Of a stretch of DNA of 64,000 nt, positions 37,347 to 46,793 are shown piece by piece. The position numbers and the translations under genes are program-made. This DNA is from a virus (lineage: Duplodnaviria > Caudoviricetes), in IMG/VR virus record IMGVR_UViG_3300036855_000054, positions 33,058-97,057 of that record. One strand, written 5' to 3'. The notes below the pieces were generated by a model. It was not told where the DNA came from. It searched no databases and was given only the letters and a program-made list of their open reading frames with translations. Position 1 is the first letter of the stretch, and each line of letters starts with the position of its first letter.

Positions 37347-39545
37347 CTACCGCGGGATCAGGTCGTGCAGGTTGCCCAGCGTGTTGACCACCGATCCCTC
37401 CGGTAGACCCTCGGGCCGCTCCAGGCCGATAAACCGGACCGGGCCATGCAGCGCCACCCTGGGCGCCCACACCGTGGACTGGCCAGCCTTCAGCGCCATC
37501 AGGTCTGCCAGGTACTTGACCGTGAGGTACTCGCGGTCAACGACGCCACGCGCGAGCAGCGCCGAGGAGATGCGGTTGGTCTCGACCCGGTTCGACCAGG
37601 ACATGCCTGTCAGGTGCAGGTGCATCCACTTCGCCGTCCACCCGTCCGTCCCGCGAATGAACACCAGTGGCAGCGCCACCCGGCCCGGCACCCGCAGTTC
37701 GGACTTCATGCGCACCGACCGGGGCTCGAACGGCATTCCCTTCTGCGCCCGGTCGCGGGTCATGAACCCGAACAGGGACTCTTCCGCCTCGGTGAACGCC
37801 TCACCGGAGTAGAGGTGGACCTGCGGCACGATGTAGTCGACCCCGCCGGGGACCTCGGGAAGGTGCAGGTCGATGAACTCCGACGCGCCCCCCGGACCCG
37901 GGGCGTCGGTGATGTCCCCGGAGTGCGTCCCGCCGTAGCCGCGCAGCCCGGTCCAGGACAACTGGCCCACGTTGCGGAACTCGCCGTCCAGCAGCAGCAC
38001 GGACAGGTCGTAGTCGGTGCGCCGCTCGCGCTGGCACCAGTGGACGAAGAACCGCAGCGAACCCCCCTCGACTGGGGACAGCGACCCTCGGGGCATCACC
38101 CCGAAGCCACCCGGCTGCGACTTCCCTGACAGCGGCACCGCAAGGTCGAGCACGGCCGGGTCGACCACCAGGTGGTCCACCGCGGGCATGCGACGGCCCA
38201 GTTCGCGGTCCAGCACGCCGATGACCCGCCCGACCACGTCAGGGTCCAGCGGTGCCCGCTGGTCGGGAGTCACCCAAGAACGTCCTGCGCGGTTCACGAA
38301 CACCCGCGCCGCGTCCGATCCGGACCGGTTCGCCAGATGCTCCCGCAGCGACAGCAGCACCCGGCCCGACGCGCCCTCCGCAGCGTCGGTCAGTGCGGTG
38401 AGGAACTCGCGCACCACGGCCAGGGAGCCGCACCGCAGAACACGGTCCGTGTTGCGCAGCAGCAGCCCGGGTGCCTGCGCCAGCAGCGACACCGCCAACG
38501 ACGGGTCCGCCGCGTCGAACGCGTGCTCCACCCGGAACACCAGCGAGCGGGCGATCCTCTCCCCTCGCGCCACCGCGAACACCTCGGCCGCGTGCTCCAG
38601 GGTGGGGTGCTCGTGCGGGTGCAGCCGCTCCCCGAGGCGCTTCCACGCCTCCCGGTGGCGGGACACATCGGCCAGTTGCGCCGGATGCTCGCGCACCACC
38701 CGGTGCAGTGCACGCAGCACAGAGCGCCGCGCGGGACGGCGCAGCGACACAAACCGGGTCGGATCGGCCAAGGTAACGTCACCACCTGACGCGGCGCACG
38801 CCATGCGGAGCACATCGGTGACCGTGTCCACCTGCGGCGGGAGGCTGTGACCCAACCGGGCGGCGTTGATGATCGCCAGGTTCTCCCGCACTGGGATCGC
38901 GTCGAGCTCCTGGACTCGGGCCAGCAGCGCGAGTTCGGCCAGCAGGTCGCGGTCCTCGCCGGACAGCGGGGTGGTGCTCGCGGCCAGCTCCAGGAACACG
39001 GCCTGCGACTCCCGGTCCGGAGCATCGCCGAGGTGCAGCACCGTGACCCGGTCCTTGGTGGAGCGGGTCAGCTCGTCGTGCGCGGCCAGGAGATCCGAGT
39101 ACGAGTGCTGGTAGCTGCCATAGGTGGGCAGGTCCAGCAGGTTGATCCCGCCGAAGACGGCGTGTTGCGCGACGGCGACCACGGCATGGGCCGGCTCACG
39201 CTCGATGGCCTCGGACAGGCACCGCATCCAGAACTCCACCGTGTCCGGCACGTTGAACGGGAAGTCGCGGAAGTAGGCGTTGTGCTGCACATGGTCGCCC
39301 ACGAGGTGGCGGACCGCGCCGAGCACCTGCACCGCCGCGTCGATCACCGCTCCGGGCTCCCGTGCGGACAGGTGCTCGCGCAGTTCGGCGGACAGCGTGA
39401 ACCCGACCGAGAGCAGCGCGACGTCGAACTGGCGTGCCACCACTGTCGCGTCCCCCGGCTCGGCGGTCAGCGCCGGGACCCGCAGAGTGCGCTGAAGGAT
39501 GCGCGACTCCAGCGACATGGGCGCCTGCTCGGCTGCGAGCGTCAT
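37347..39545 (-). CDS. Large helical protein with C-terminal TerD-like domain
   Basis: 732 aa; LRFFVHW...DYDLS...HSGDITDAP...ASEFIDL TerD motifs; N-terminal GDHVQHNAYFRDFP.NVPDT region; RBS before ATG 39545. Confidence 0.8.
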   Translation of the reverse strand: MTLAAEQAPMSLESRILQRTLRVPALTAEPGDATVVARQFDVALLSVGFTLSAELREHLSAREPGAVIDAAVQVLGAVRHLVGDHVQHNAYFRDFPFNVPDTVEFWMRCLSEAIEREPAHAVVAVAQHAVFGGINLLDLPTYGSYQHSYSDLLAAHDELTRSTKDRVTVLHLGDAPDRESQAVFLELAASTTPLSGEDRDLLAELALLARVQELDAIPVRENLAIINAARLGHSLPPQVDTVTDVLRMACAASGGDVTLADPTRFVSLRRPARRSVLRALHRVVREHPAQLADVSRHREAWKRLGERLHPHEHPTLEHAAEVFAVARGERIARSLVFRVEHAFDAADPSLAVSLLAQAPGLLLRNTDRVLRCGSLAVVREFLTALTDAAEGASGRVLLSLREHLANRSGSDAARVFVNRAGRSWVTPDQRAPLDPDVVGRVIGVLDRELGRRMPAVDHLVVDPAVLDLAVPLSGKSQPGGFGVMPRGSLSPVEGGSLRFFVHWCQRERRTDYDLSVLLLDGEFRNVGQLSWTGLRGYGGTHSGDITDAPGPGGASEFIDLHLPEVPGGVDYIVPQVHLYSGEAFTEAEESLFGFMTRDRAQKGMPFEPRSVRMKSELRVPGRVALPLVFIRGTDGWTAKWMHLHLTGMSWSNRVETNRISSALLARGVVDREYLTVKYLADLMALKAGQSTVWAPRVALHGPVRFIGLERPEGLPEGSVVNTLGNLHDLIPR

Positions 39546-39813
39546 GACTTCTTCCCCTTCGGTGCGGATGATGCGGGGGCCTCGGATGGACCGGACGGTG
39601 CCATAGGGCATGCCGGTGAGTTCAGCTACTTCGCGTTGGCGCCCCAGCCGTACTCGGGCGTAGAGGCCGTGGATGTCGTCGTTGCGCAGCGCCTGAGCTT
39701 CCTTCACCGCGCCCTGGACGCGCTCGACGTAGGCGTTGATGGCCTTCACCCGGTCCGCGCCGGGTTTTCATCGCCCTCAACTCGGCGAGCGTGTTCGGGG
39801 ATCGCTGCGGCAT
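39546..39813 (-). CDS. Small HTH protein, paralog of 25135-25404 (apparent 1-nt frameshift)
   Basis: PNTLAELRAMK[P]GADRVKAINAYVER...RQREVAELTGMPYGTVRSIR aligns with PRNLDQLRAMPPGRDRIKAANAYIEQ; extra A in AAAACCC near 39765. Confidence 0.6.
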
Positions 39814-39867
39814 GCGACCCAAGCGCGCCGTGCTATTGCGTCAACACGTCACCGCGTTGGCGATGTG

Positions 39868-40248
39868 TCAGCGCTGCGCCGGGATCTCCACCTCGGATCG
39901 GGCGGAGTGAGCCTCCACCTGCGGGCCACGCCCGCCCCACCGCCTCGTGCACGCGCTGCCCCGGTCCGCACCGCACGTCGGACACACCCGATCCCGCTTC
40001 GCCATCTCCTGCGGGGTCGGCTCAGGCCAGCCGAACCGCTTCCGGATCGCCCTCATGTGCGGCCGGTAATCGGCAGACGGCTGGTCCTCTGCTGGACGCT
40101 CGGCGCCACGGTTCCGCGCCCGGTGAGGACCCTCACCTGCGGCAGGCGTCACCGGTCCGATACCGCGACGGGCGTAGATGGCGCGCTCGTCGGCTGCGGA
40201 CAGTCGGCCGACATCGGTGGGGTCGTCGTAGTCGTCATAGGCGGGCAT
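39868..40248 (-). CDS. Zinc-finger protein
   Basis: CPTCGA..G.AC...H.AR phage Zn finger; RBS GGAGG. Confidence 0.6.
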   Translation of the reverse strand: MPAYDDYDDPTDVGRLSAADERAIYARRGIGPVTPAAGEGPHRARNRGAERPAEDQPSADYRPHMRAIRKRFGWPEPTPQEMAKRDRVCPTCGADRGSACTRRWGGRGPQVEAHSARSEVEIPAQR

Positions 40249-40796
40249 GGCTGGCACCTCCCGAGGGTGACCAGCGCATACTACCGAACCGAACGGCCGT
40301 TCGGGTAACGGAATGTGTCGTTGCCCTTGCGAACAGTCATCGGCATGAGATAGAGGCGCCAGCGGACGACGATGCTCAACGTTGGCTGAGAGTGCCGTCA
40401 AAACGGGGGGCACCCGGGCACCATTTGTTCCGCCCTGTGGCATGATGATGAAGCGCCAGGCTCACCCTGCGGGGGAGCTGTGGCGTATGCAGGTGGGCAC
40501 CCTGGGGACCTCTCCCTGCGCGGATGGACGCGCCGAGGGGGTCCGCACGTGGTGGATCTCTTGTGGTTAGTGGAACCGGCCGGGTGGTCGCGTAGGGGTA
40601 CGTGACAAGCTCGGTGCTTGTGGCTGCGAAGGCTTACGCCTTCGCGTGGGCCACCCGGCCGGGGTAACCGCCGATCAGGCTCCCCCGAATGCGGATCAAC
40701 CTACCGCGCATTCGCCTCCCGTACGAACCGGACAGTCCGCCACCCGTCTGTGGCCACCGTCACTGAACGGCACACAGCGTGGCACCGCGGGACCAT

Positions 40797-41279
40797 GTGA
40801 GGACCCCATGGGACCGTCGTCGGCGCGGCCTTATCACAGACCGCCACCGACTGGTCTACCGTCTCCGGGCAGTGATCGCCCCACACGCGCACCGGGCCGT
40901 CGACTGCCTGCCCGGCGACCTGCACGAAGCTGTCAAAGCCACCGCACGGCGGCGGCACCGCCAGCTCGCCCAACTCTGGGACTGGTGCACCCACGCCGCT
41001 GCCGCCGATGTCCTCGGCGCGTGGGCCGGTAAACCCAGCCACCCACTCCCCGCGCCCGTGGACCCCCGGTCGATCCCCCTGCTGAACCGCAAGCGCATCG
41101 TCTGGACTGTGGACCCCGAGATCGAGCGCACGCATCTGCAGCTGATCCAGCTCGGCGGCTCCAACAGGACCGCTGTGCTGATCTGCGCCGCGCAGGTGTA
41201 CCTGCGGGTGGACGGGGATCTGACGCTGCTGCTGGGTGACCGTCCACCCGGCCAGCCGTGGGACGAGCTTCCCGGCTGA
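40797..41279 (+). CDS. Hypothetical protein
   Basis: 160 aa ORF with GC3-rich codons. Confidence 0.5.
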   Translation: MRTPWDRRRRGLITDRHRLVYRLRAVIAPHAHRAVDCLPGDLHEAVKATARRRHRQLAQLWDWCTHAAAADVLGAWAGKPSHPLPAPVDPRSIPLLNRKRIVWTVDPEIERTHLQLIQLGGSNRTAVLICAAQVYLRVDGDLTLLLGDRPPGQPWDELPG

Positions 41280-41516
41280 CGCCATCGCGCACCCCTCTTC
41301 CGCCATCGTTGGCCACTGCAACCTTTCACGACCTTGAATGGCGCGACGTTACGGCCAATGGCAAGCGTTGACCACGTGTGGGTTAACCACGACGGGCAAA
41401 CCGTCACGAATGCCCGGAATTGATCGCCGGAAGATGCGTTATGCGGCTAAGCGCTTTGTTAATCGGATACCGACCGTATCCAGTTCGACGCTACTACCTG
41501 ACGTCCAGCACGAGGC

Positions 41517-41825
41517 TTACGCGAGCACGTCCCGCAGCGGCACCGGACCGTCATAGCGCAGGCACGGGCAGGGCGCGTACTCCCAGTTTGTGGTGATCAC
41601 CTTGTAGCCGAGCTGCTCCCACTGGCATGCCCGCTTCACGGTGGCGTTGCACTTGCCGCCATCCCCGCCGTGGGTGCCGTAATTGTGGTCGCACCCGCAG
41701 ATGGCCTGCGGACGTTGCGGACCGCTCTTGTCACGGGCGCCTGGACGGCTTATCCGTCCGAGGGCGTAGCCGACCGCGACAGTGCCGGCGGTCGCGAGGG
41801 TGGACACCAGCGAAGGGTCGATCAC
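41517..41825 (-). CDS. Membrane-anchored Cys/His-cluster protein
   Basis: N-terminal TM; CGC.H...H...C...C.C..Y.GP. Confidence 0.6.
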   Translation of the reverse strand: MIDPSLVSTLATAGTVAVGYALGRISRPGARDKSGPQRPQAICGCDHNYGTHGGDGGKCNATVKRACQWEQLGYKVITTNWEYAPCPCLRYDGPVPLRDVLA

Positions 41826-42196
41826 CGGACCGCCTTCCCGTCACGGACCAGCAGCGTCAGCGGGCGCACCGGTTCGTCCTCGGCTTGACGGCCGTCTGGG
41901 ATAACGCCTGCTGGCCCCCGGGCGCCCAGACGCCACGGCCAGCCACACCCAATGCTGCGGGCGGTGGCCCTGGTCCATATGGCGGCGTCGGCGGCGAGGA
42001 CCACATCGCCGGGCTGCCAGTTCTCCTCGCCCGCACGGACCGGACCGCTGCAGCGCCAGGAGATGGGTACGAGCCTGGCCTGCGGCTCGCCGCTGCGCGC
42101 GTTCGTGACGACCGTGGGTTCACCCCCGAAGTAGGCCGCCTTGATGCGCGTGCCGAGGTTGTCTCGGAGCTCTGAGATGGTCATGGAATCATCCAT
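41822..42196 (-). CDS. Phd/YefM antitoxin-like DNA-binding domain fusion
   Basis: MTISELRDNLGTRIKAA..GEPTVVT...G.P.ARLVP Phd consensus; leaderless -10 TACGCT. Confidence 0.7.
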   Translation of the reverse strand: MDDSMTISELRDNLGTRIKAAYFGGEPTVVTNARSGEPQARLVPISWRCSGPVRAGEENWQPGDVVLAADAAIWTRATARSIGCGWPWRLGARGPAGVIPDGRQAEDEPVRPLTLLVRDGKAVR

Positions 42197-42201
42197 ATCT
42201 A

Positions 42202-42231
42202 TAGCGTACGGGTTGTACGAGGCGTACGCTA
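42202..42231. promoter_or_regulatory. Palindromic operator in divergent promoter region
   Basis: TAGCGTACG-N12-CGTACGCTA with a third GTAC in the spacer. Confidence 0.7.
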
Positions 42232-42310
42232 GACAGAGCAGCACGACACACCGGTCCCGCCCCTACCCAAGGCGGACCGTCCCGCTACCGCAAAGCCGAG
42301 GTCAGACCCC

Positions 42311-42622
42311 ATGTGCGCGCACCGTTTCACGCCGTCCCCCTCCCCCATCACCCCCGATGCCGACCAGGCCAGCACCATCCGGCTACTCGAAGACTGGGGG
42401 AAGCTCGCGGGTGTCCACGTCGATGCCAGCCCCACCGACGAACCCGCCGAGGAGGACTGCGCGGCGGACTCCGCGCACGGCCTCGGCCCGGTGAACATCG
42501 GCGGCGACTTCCACTGCCTGCTGTGCAGCCTCGAACTGGTGAGCGTGGTCGAGCACGCCGACGCTGAGGTGTTCCGCATCCCGGCAACCATGCGTTCCGC
42601 TGCTGCTGCCGAGGTGGCGTGA
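42311..42622 (+). CDS. Hypothetical protein
   Basis: First gene of rightward operon; CLLC motif. Confidence 0.55.
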   Translation: MCAHRFTPSPSPITPDADQASTIRLLEDWGKLAGVHVDASPTDEPAEEDCAADSAHGLGPVNIGGDFHCLLCSLELVSVVEHADAEVFRIPATMRSAAAAEVA

Positions 42623-43200
42623 TGAGCGGCCGGGACCTCGCCATGCGGGCGCTGATCGTCAAGTGCGTCGCCGACATCGCAGCCAAAGCGATCAAGGATC
42701 GCCGCAGCGACCTGGCTGATGTCATGGCCAACGGTGACCGCTTCAACGTCGCGGCACCCGACGCGCCGGAACTCAACCTCGGCAAGGTGTGGCGCACCGA
42801 ACCAAAGGGCACCGCGGGACTCACGGACGCCTCAGCGTTCACCGTCTGGATGCAGGACAACTACCCGGACCGCGTCACCTGGGACGCGCGGATCACCGAC
42901 CTCGGCAAGGCCATCGAGGTGCTGCGCGAGTACGCCCCCGAACTCGTCGACGAGGTTCCCTTGGTCGAGCCGTGGGCCGAGGCCGAGGTGCTGCGCCTCA
43001 CCGAACGCAGCCGGGAAGCGTGCGGCCCCGCTGGGGAGACCAACGTCCCCGGCGTCGCCTACGAGCCGCCAGGGCCGGGCGCGGTCACGGTGAAGCTGTC
43101 CGACGACGGCCCTGCCGTGATCGAGCAGCTGTGGCGCGAGGGCCGCATCGACCTGACGACGGGTGAGGTCCTGGCCATCACGGCAGGTGAGTCCCAGTGA
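42619..43200 (+). CDS. Hypothetical protein (recombination-module associated)
   Basis: 193 aa upstream of AAA ATPase; IDLTTGEV C-terminus. Confidence 0.6.
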   Translation: MMSGRDLAMRALIVKCVADIAAKAIKDRRSDLADVMANGDRFNVAAPDAPELNLGKVWRTEPKGTAGLTDASAFTVWMQDNYPDRVTWDARITDLGKAIEVLREYAPELVDEVPLVEPWAEAEVLRLTERSREACGPAGETNVPGVAYEPPGPGAVTVKLSDDGPAVIEQLWREGRIDLTTGEVLAITAGESQ

Positions 43201-43324
43201 CCACCGTGGTGATCCTCCGGTCGCTACCCCGCTACTGCCCCATCTGCACCCGCGTCCGCTGCCCGCACTGCACCAACACCGCAGACCTGCACGACATCAT
43301 CGGCATCACCACAGGAGACCCCGA

Positions 43325-44488
43325 ATGACCGTCACGACGCTGAGGACCCGTAAGCCGACCAAGAAGCCGTCCTGGCCGCTGATCCTGCTGGCCGGGGAAG
43401 CCAAGACAGGGAAGACGTACCGCGCCGCCGAGTTGTCTGGCGACGAGCGCATCGGGCGAGCATTCTTCCTCGACCTCGGCGAGGGGTCCGCCGACGAGTA
43501 CGGCGCGGTGCCCGGCGCCGACTACGAGATCATCGACCACGACGGGACCTGGGTCGACATCATCGGCCAGGTCGAAGCGGTCCGCGACGTCGCACAGGCG
43601 GCCATCGATAAGGGCGAGAAGCCGGTCCTACTGGTCATCGACTCCATGACCGCCGAGTGGGCCATGTTGTCGCAGTGGGCCGACACCCGTGCCCGGCGGT
43701 CCAAGAACAACCGCAAACTGCTGACCGATGACCCGGACGCCGAGATCGACATCACGTCGAACTACTGGAACGACTCCACGTCGCGGCACAACCGGCTGAT
43801 GAACATCCTGAAGTTCTTCCCCGGCGTGGTGGTGGTTACCGCGTTGGAGACCGAGAAGACCCAGTTCGGCCCCGGTGGCCGCCCGCTGGAGGGTGCCCCG
43901 AAGGTGGCGAAGCCGGACGGCCAGAAGCGGCTCACCGCCGACGCGAGCGTGTGGGTCCGGCTGTCCCTCACCGACGAGCCGGTGATCGTGGGCATCCGCT
44001 CACTGAAGCACAACATCACCCCCGGCAAGGACAAGCCGCAGCCGTGGCCGGGGTTCACCCTCGGCGGCCTGGTGTTCGACTTCCTCGGCCTCGGTGGTGG
44101 CACCGCCGAGGTGCGCAACACGCCGAAGTTGAACGCGGACCAGGTCATGCCCGACGAAACACCTAGTGACGACACCGCCAACACGCTGCGCATCGGGGTG
44201 GACAAGACCCTCGGCGCCCGCAGCCAGGCTCAGGCCGAGCACTACAAGGGCGTCGCCGAGCGCACCGGACTCGCTAACCACGAGGTGGGCCACCTGCTCA
44301 CTGACGAGGACCGCGAGACGTTGGGCATCACCGGCGGGGTCACCCTGCTCGGACTGGCGAGCAAGGTGACGGAGTACTGCACCCGCCACGGGCAGGGCGC
44401 GCACTCCTGCGACGGCCAGGACGACACCCCGGCGCACGGCCCCCGCGCTGGCCTCGCGCTGGCCACCGACCCGACTCAAGCAGCCTGA
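43325..44488 (+). CDS. AAA_24/Sak4-like recombination ATPase
   Basis: GEAKTGKT Walker A, LVIDSMT Walker B. Confidence 0.8.
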   Translation: MTVTTLRTRKPTKKPSWPLILLAGEAKTGKTYRAAELSGDERIGRAFFLDLGEGSADEYGAVPGADYEIIDHDGTWVDIIGQVEAVRDVAQAAIDKGEKPVLLVIDSMTAEWAMLSQWADTRARRSKNNRKLLTDDPDAEIDITSNYWNDSTSRHNRLMNILKFFPGVVVVTALETEKTQFGPGGRPLEGAPKVAKPDGQKRLTADASVWVRLSLTDEPVIVGIRSLKHNITPGKDKPQPWPGFTLGGLVFDFLGLGGGTAEVRNTPKLNADQVMPDETPSDDTANTLRIGVDKTLGARSQAQAEHYKGVAERTGLANHEVGHLLTDEDRETLGITGGVTLLGLASKVTEYCTRHGQGAHSCDGQDDTPAHGPRAGLALATDPTQAA

Positions 44489-44558
44489 CCGACTGACCCT
44501 CCGGTGGCCCACCCAGCCACCGGAGGCTCCCCTACCGCAACCGCCGAAGGACCCACCG

Positions 44559-45113
44559 ATGCCGACGATCACCGTCCGACGCTCCCGCGACGACCTGCTC
44601 GACGACTACGAGATGCTCCGCAGCGAGGGCTACGACTGGCACCAGTGCGCCGCACGACTCCGCATCCCTTACCCGACCTTCGAACGGGCCATGCTCCGCG
44701 CGCGCAAAGATGGTGATCCACGCGCCCGGCGCCCCGGGGAGGCGAGGCTGCCAGTACCGCCCCAGCCGCCGCGACTGGTGCCGCCACCGATCTTTGTCCG
44801 GCCGTGCGGGCATTGCGGGAACGATTTCGAGACCGTCAGCAATACCCGCAAGTACTGCAGCGGCTCGTGCATCCGCGAGGTCGACGCCGCCCGCAAACGC
44901 GCATCCCGGCGTAAGTACTGCAGTGACCCGTGCAGCGTGCCGGACTCGCATCCCACGCACTGCCGATGCGGGATCACGCTCACCGAGGATCAGCGCCAGC
45001 AGCGGCGCGTCTACCACGACGACGAGTGTCGCCGTGTCCACAGCAACGCGGACAGAGTCATACGCAAAAGGGCCAGCAAGGCGCGTCGCCGCGCTAACAG
45101 CGTGATCAACTGA
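44559..45113 (+). CDS. HTH plus multi-Cys Zn-binding protein
   Basis: CAARLRIPYPTFERAM HTH; CGHC..F...KYCS..C repeats. Confidence 0.65.
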   Translation: MPTITVRRSRDDLLDDYEMLRSEGYDWHQCAARLRIPYPTFERAMLRARKDGDPRARRPGEARLPVPPQPPRLVPPPIFVRPCGHCGNDFETVSNTRKYCSGSCIREVDAARKRASRRKYCSDPCSVPDSHPTHCRCGITLTEDQRQQRRVYHDDECRRVHSNADRVIRKRASKARRRANSVIN

Positions 45114-45180
45114 AACGATATTCAGACGACGGGACCACCCCATCCCGCCGAATCCCCCTACCGCAAGCGAAGGACCCACA

Positions 45181-45525
45181 ATGAACTCTCTGCTCCACCA
45201 CGTCTACGACGGCCGGAAGGAAACCAGCGCAGCCGACTACGCCGCTGGCTGGTCGGAGACACGGTGCCCGGATGCCCCACCGATCTCGGAGCGGATGGAG
45301 CGGGCGCTGTGGTCCCGGCTGGCGGGCGACGACCGTTCGGGCCGGGACCTGGGCACGACGTGGCACCACCGCGACGGCAACGCGTGGGCGTCGGTAGTCG
45401 ATCTGCACCAGGCCGGTGAGCACGACGAGGCGACCGCCCTGGCGCGGCTGCTGCGCTGGTGCGACGAGCAGTTCACGGCCCACACATCGGGCGTCTGGGA
45501 GATCACGAAGGGGGAGCCGCGATGA
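45181..45525 (+). CDS. Hypothetical protein
   Basis: 114 aa, RBS AAGGA. Confidence 0.55.
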   Translation: MNSLLHHVYDGRKETSAADYAAGWSETRCPDAPPISERMERALWSRLAGDDRSGRDLGTTWHHRDGNAWASVVDLHQAGEHDEATALARLLRWCDEQFTAHTSGVWEITKGEPR

Positions 45526-45854
45526 GCACGCCGCGGACGACGGGGACGAAGACGCCGGAGCAGCAGGCTGCCGAGCTGAGCAAGCTCCGCCCAATCCAGA
45601 AGTTGCAACCGGGCTGGTGGTGGCTGGGCGACTACTACGACCAGGACGGTTGTGCGGTCCAGTTGTGGTCGCGAATCAACATCGTCGCGGAGAGCACCCA
45701 CCCGACGTTCGGCCAGATCGTCCACCTCCGCGGCAAGGACACCACTGGTGATTTCGTGGAGATGGATCAGCGCCGTGGATACGCCATTGAGTCGCTGACC
45801 GAGGCGCAAGCCACGCGGTGTGGCCTGACGATTCCCGAGGCTGATCCCCGATGA
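45522..45854 (+). CDS. Hypothetical protein
   Basis: 110 aa, ATGA coupling. Confidence 0.55.
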   Translation: MSTPRTTGTKTPEQQAAELSKLRPIQKLQPGWWWLGDYYDQDGCAVQLWSRINIVAESTHPTFGQIVHLRGKDTTGDFVEMDQRRGYAIESLTEAQATRCGLTIPEADPR

Positions 45855-46096
45855 CCGCCCCTGTGGACCTGGCCGCTGTCCAGGCCGATGAGGTGTTGAT
45901 CAACCAGCTCGTCGGCCGGGTCGTGGTGACGGATTCCGCCCTGGCCCGTGTGCTCTACGTGTGGCGCCGCGATGTGGAGTCCGAGCCGTTCCCGGTCCTG
46001 TCCACCGATGTGGCGTCCCGGGTGGTTGTCGAGTCCCGGTCTCTGCGCCGTCGTGTCGTGGCGCGGTTCCGACGACTGCTGGGAGGCAGCAGATGA
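45851..46096 (+). CDS. Hypothetical protein resembling anti-sigma RsdA N-terminus
   Basis: VDLAAVQADEVLINQL...LARVL..WRRDV pattern. Confidence 0.5.
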   Translation: MTAPVDLAAVQADEVLINQLVGRVVVTDSALARVLYVWRRDVESEPFPVLSTDVASRVVVESRSLRRRVVARFRRLLGGSR

Positions 46097-46563
46097 GCGT
46101 GCCAATACGGATCCCTCACATCCTGACCCTCAGTCAGGGCAATACCGAGGACTGGGACGGGCCGGGGGTGAACGAGTGGGATGACCTCGATCTGACCTGT
46201 CTGCACGAAGCGTCCGAACTGATGCCGTGCGCAGTGTGGGTCTCCTGCGGGTGCGATCCGGTCGCCTACGAGCAGGACGAGAACCTGCCTTGGGAGGGGG
46301 ACAACAGCGAGATCGACCCATTGATCGGGAATCCCGGTTCCGGCCCGTGTCCCCGGTCGGCGACTGGTGAGCACCACTACTGGGAGGGCGAGCCGTGCCG
46401 CCCGGATGCCGAGTGCTGGCCGGTTCACCACGCCGATGTTGACGCACTGCGGTGGGCGGCTCAGGACCTCGCGTTGCGACCCGGCCGGTACGAGGTGTTC
46501 CCGATTCCTGACGGGGATGGCGGCCTGACGTTGACGCTGGACCCGCAGGGAGGCCAGCGATGA
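46093..46563 (+). CDS. Acidic Cys-rich hypothetical protein
   Basis: 156 aa, coupled. Confidence 0.55.
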   Translation: MSVPIRIPHILTLSQGNTEDWDGPGVNEWDDLDLTCLHEASELMPCAVWVSCGCDPVAYEQDENLPWEGDNSEIDPLIGNPGSGPCPRSATGEHHYWEGEPCRPDAECWPVHHADVDALRWAAQDLALRPGRYEVFPIPDGDGGLTLTLDPQGGQR

Positions 46564-46793
46564 GCGATATCGAGATCCCTGACGCCGCCTATGACGCTGG
46601 CGAGCGCGCCATGGAGCCGTACATCTCCGGGCTGGATGCCTATGACGCGGCCAGTGACGTGATCCGTGCTGCCGCCCCGCTGGTCGTGGCCACCGAACTG
46701 CGGCGCCTTGCGGAGTTCCTGGAGGAGGCCGCTGACGCCACCAAGTTGCTTGTTCGTGCCGCTGAGCTTGAGTCCCAGGGAGGGACCCGATGA
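46560..46793 (+). CDS. Hypothetical protein
   Basis: AAAPLVVATELRRLA motif common in actinophage small proteins. Confidence 0.55.
   Translation: MSDIEIPDAAYDAGERAMEPYISGLDAYDAASDVIRAAAPLVVATELRRLAEFLEEAADATKLLVRAAELESQGGTR

Noticed and set aside
37347-39749. 800-aa HTH-TerD fusion as listed in the ORF track
   Set aside because: The N-terminal part matches a separate small HTH paralog and there is an RBS plus ATG at 39545; the fusion may result from indels and cannot be confirmed without reads
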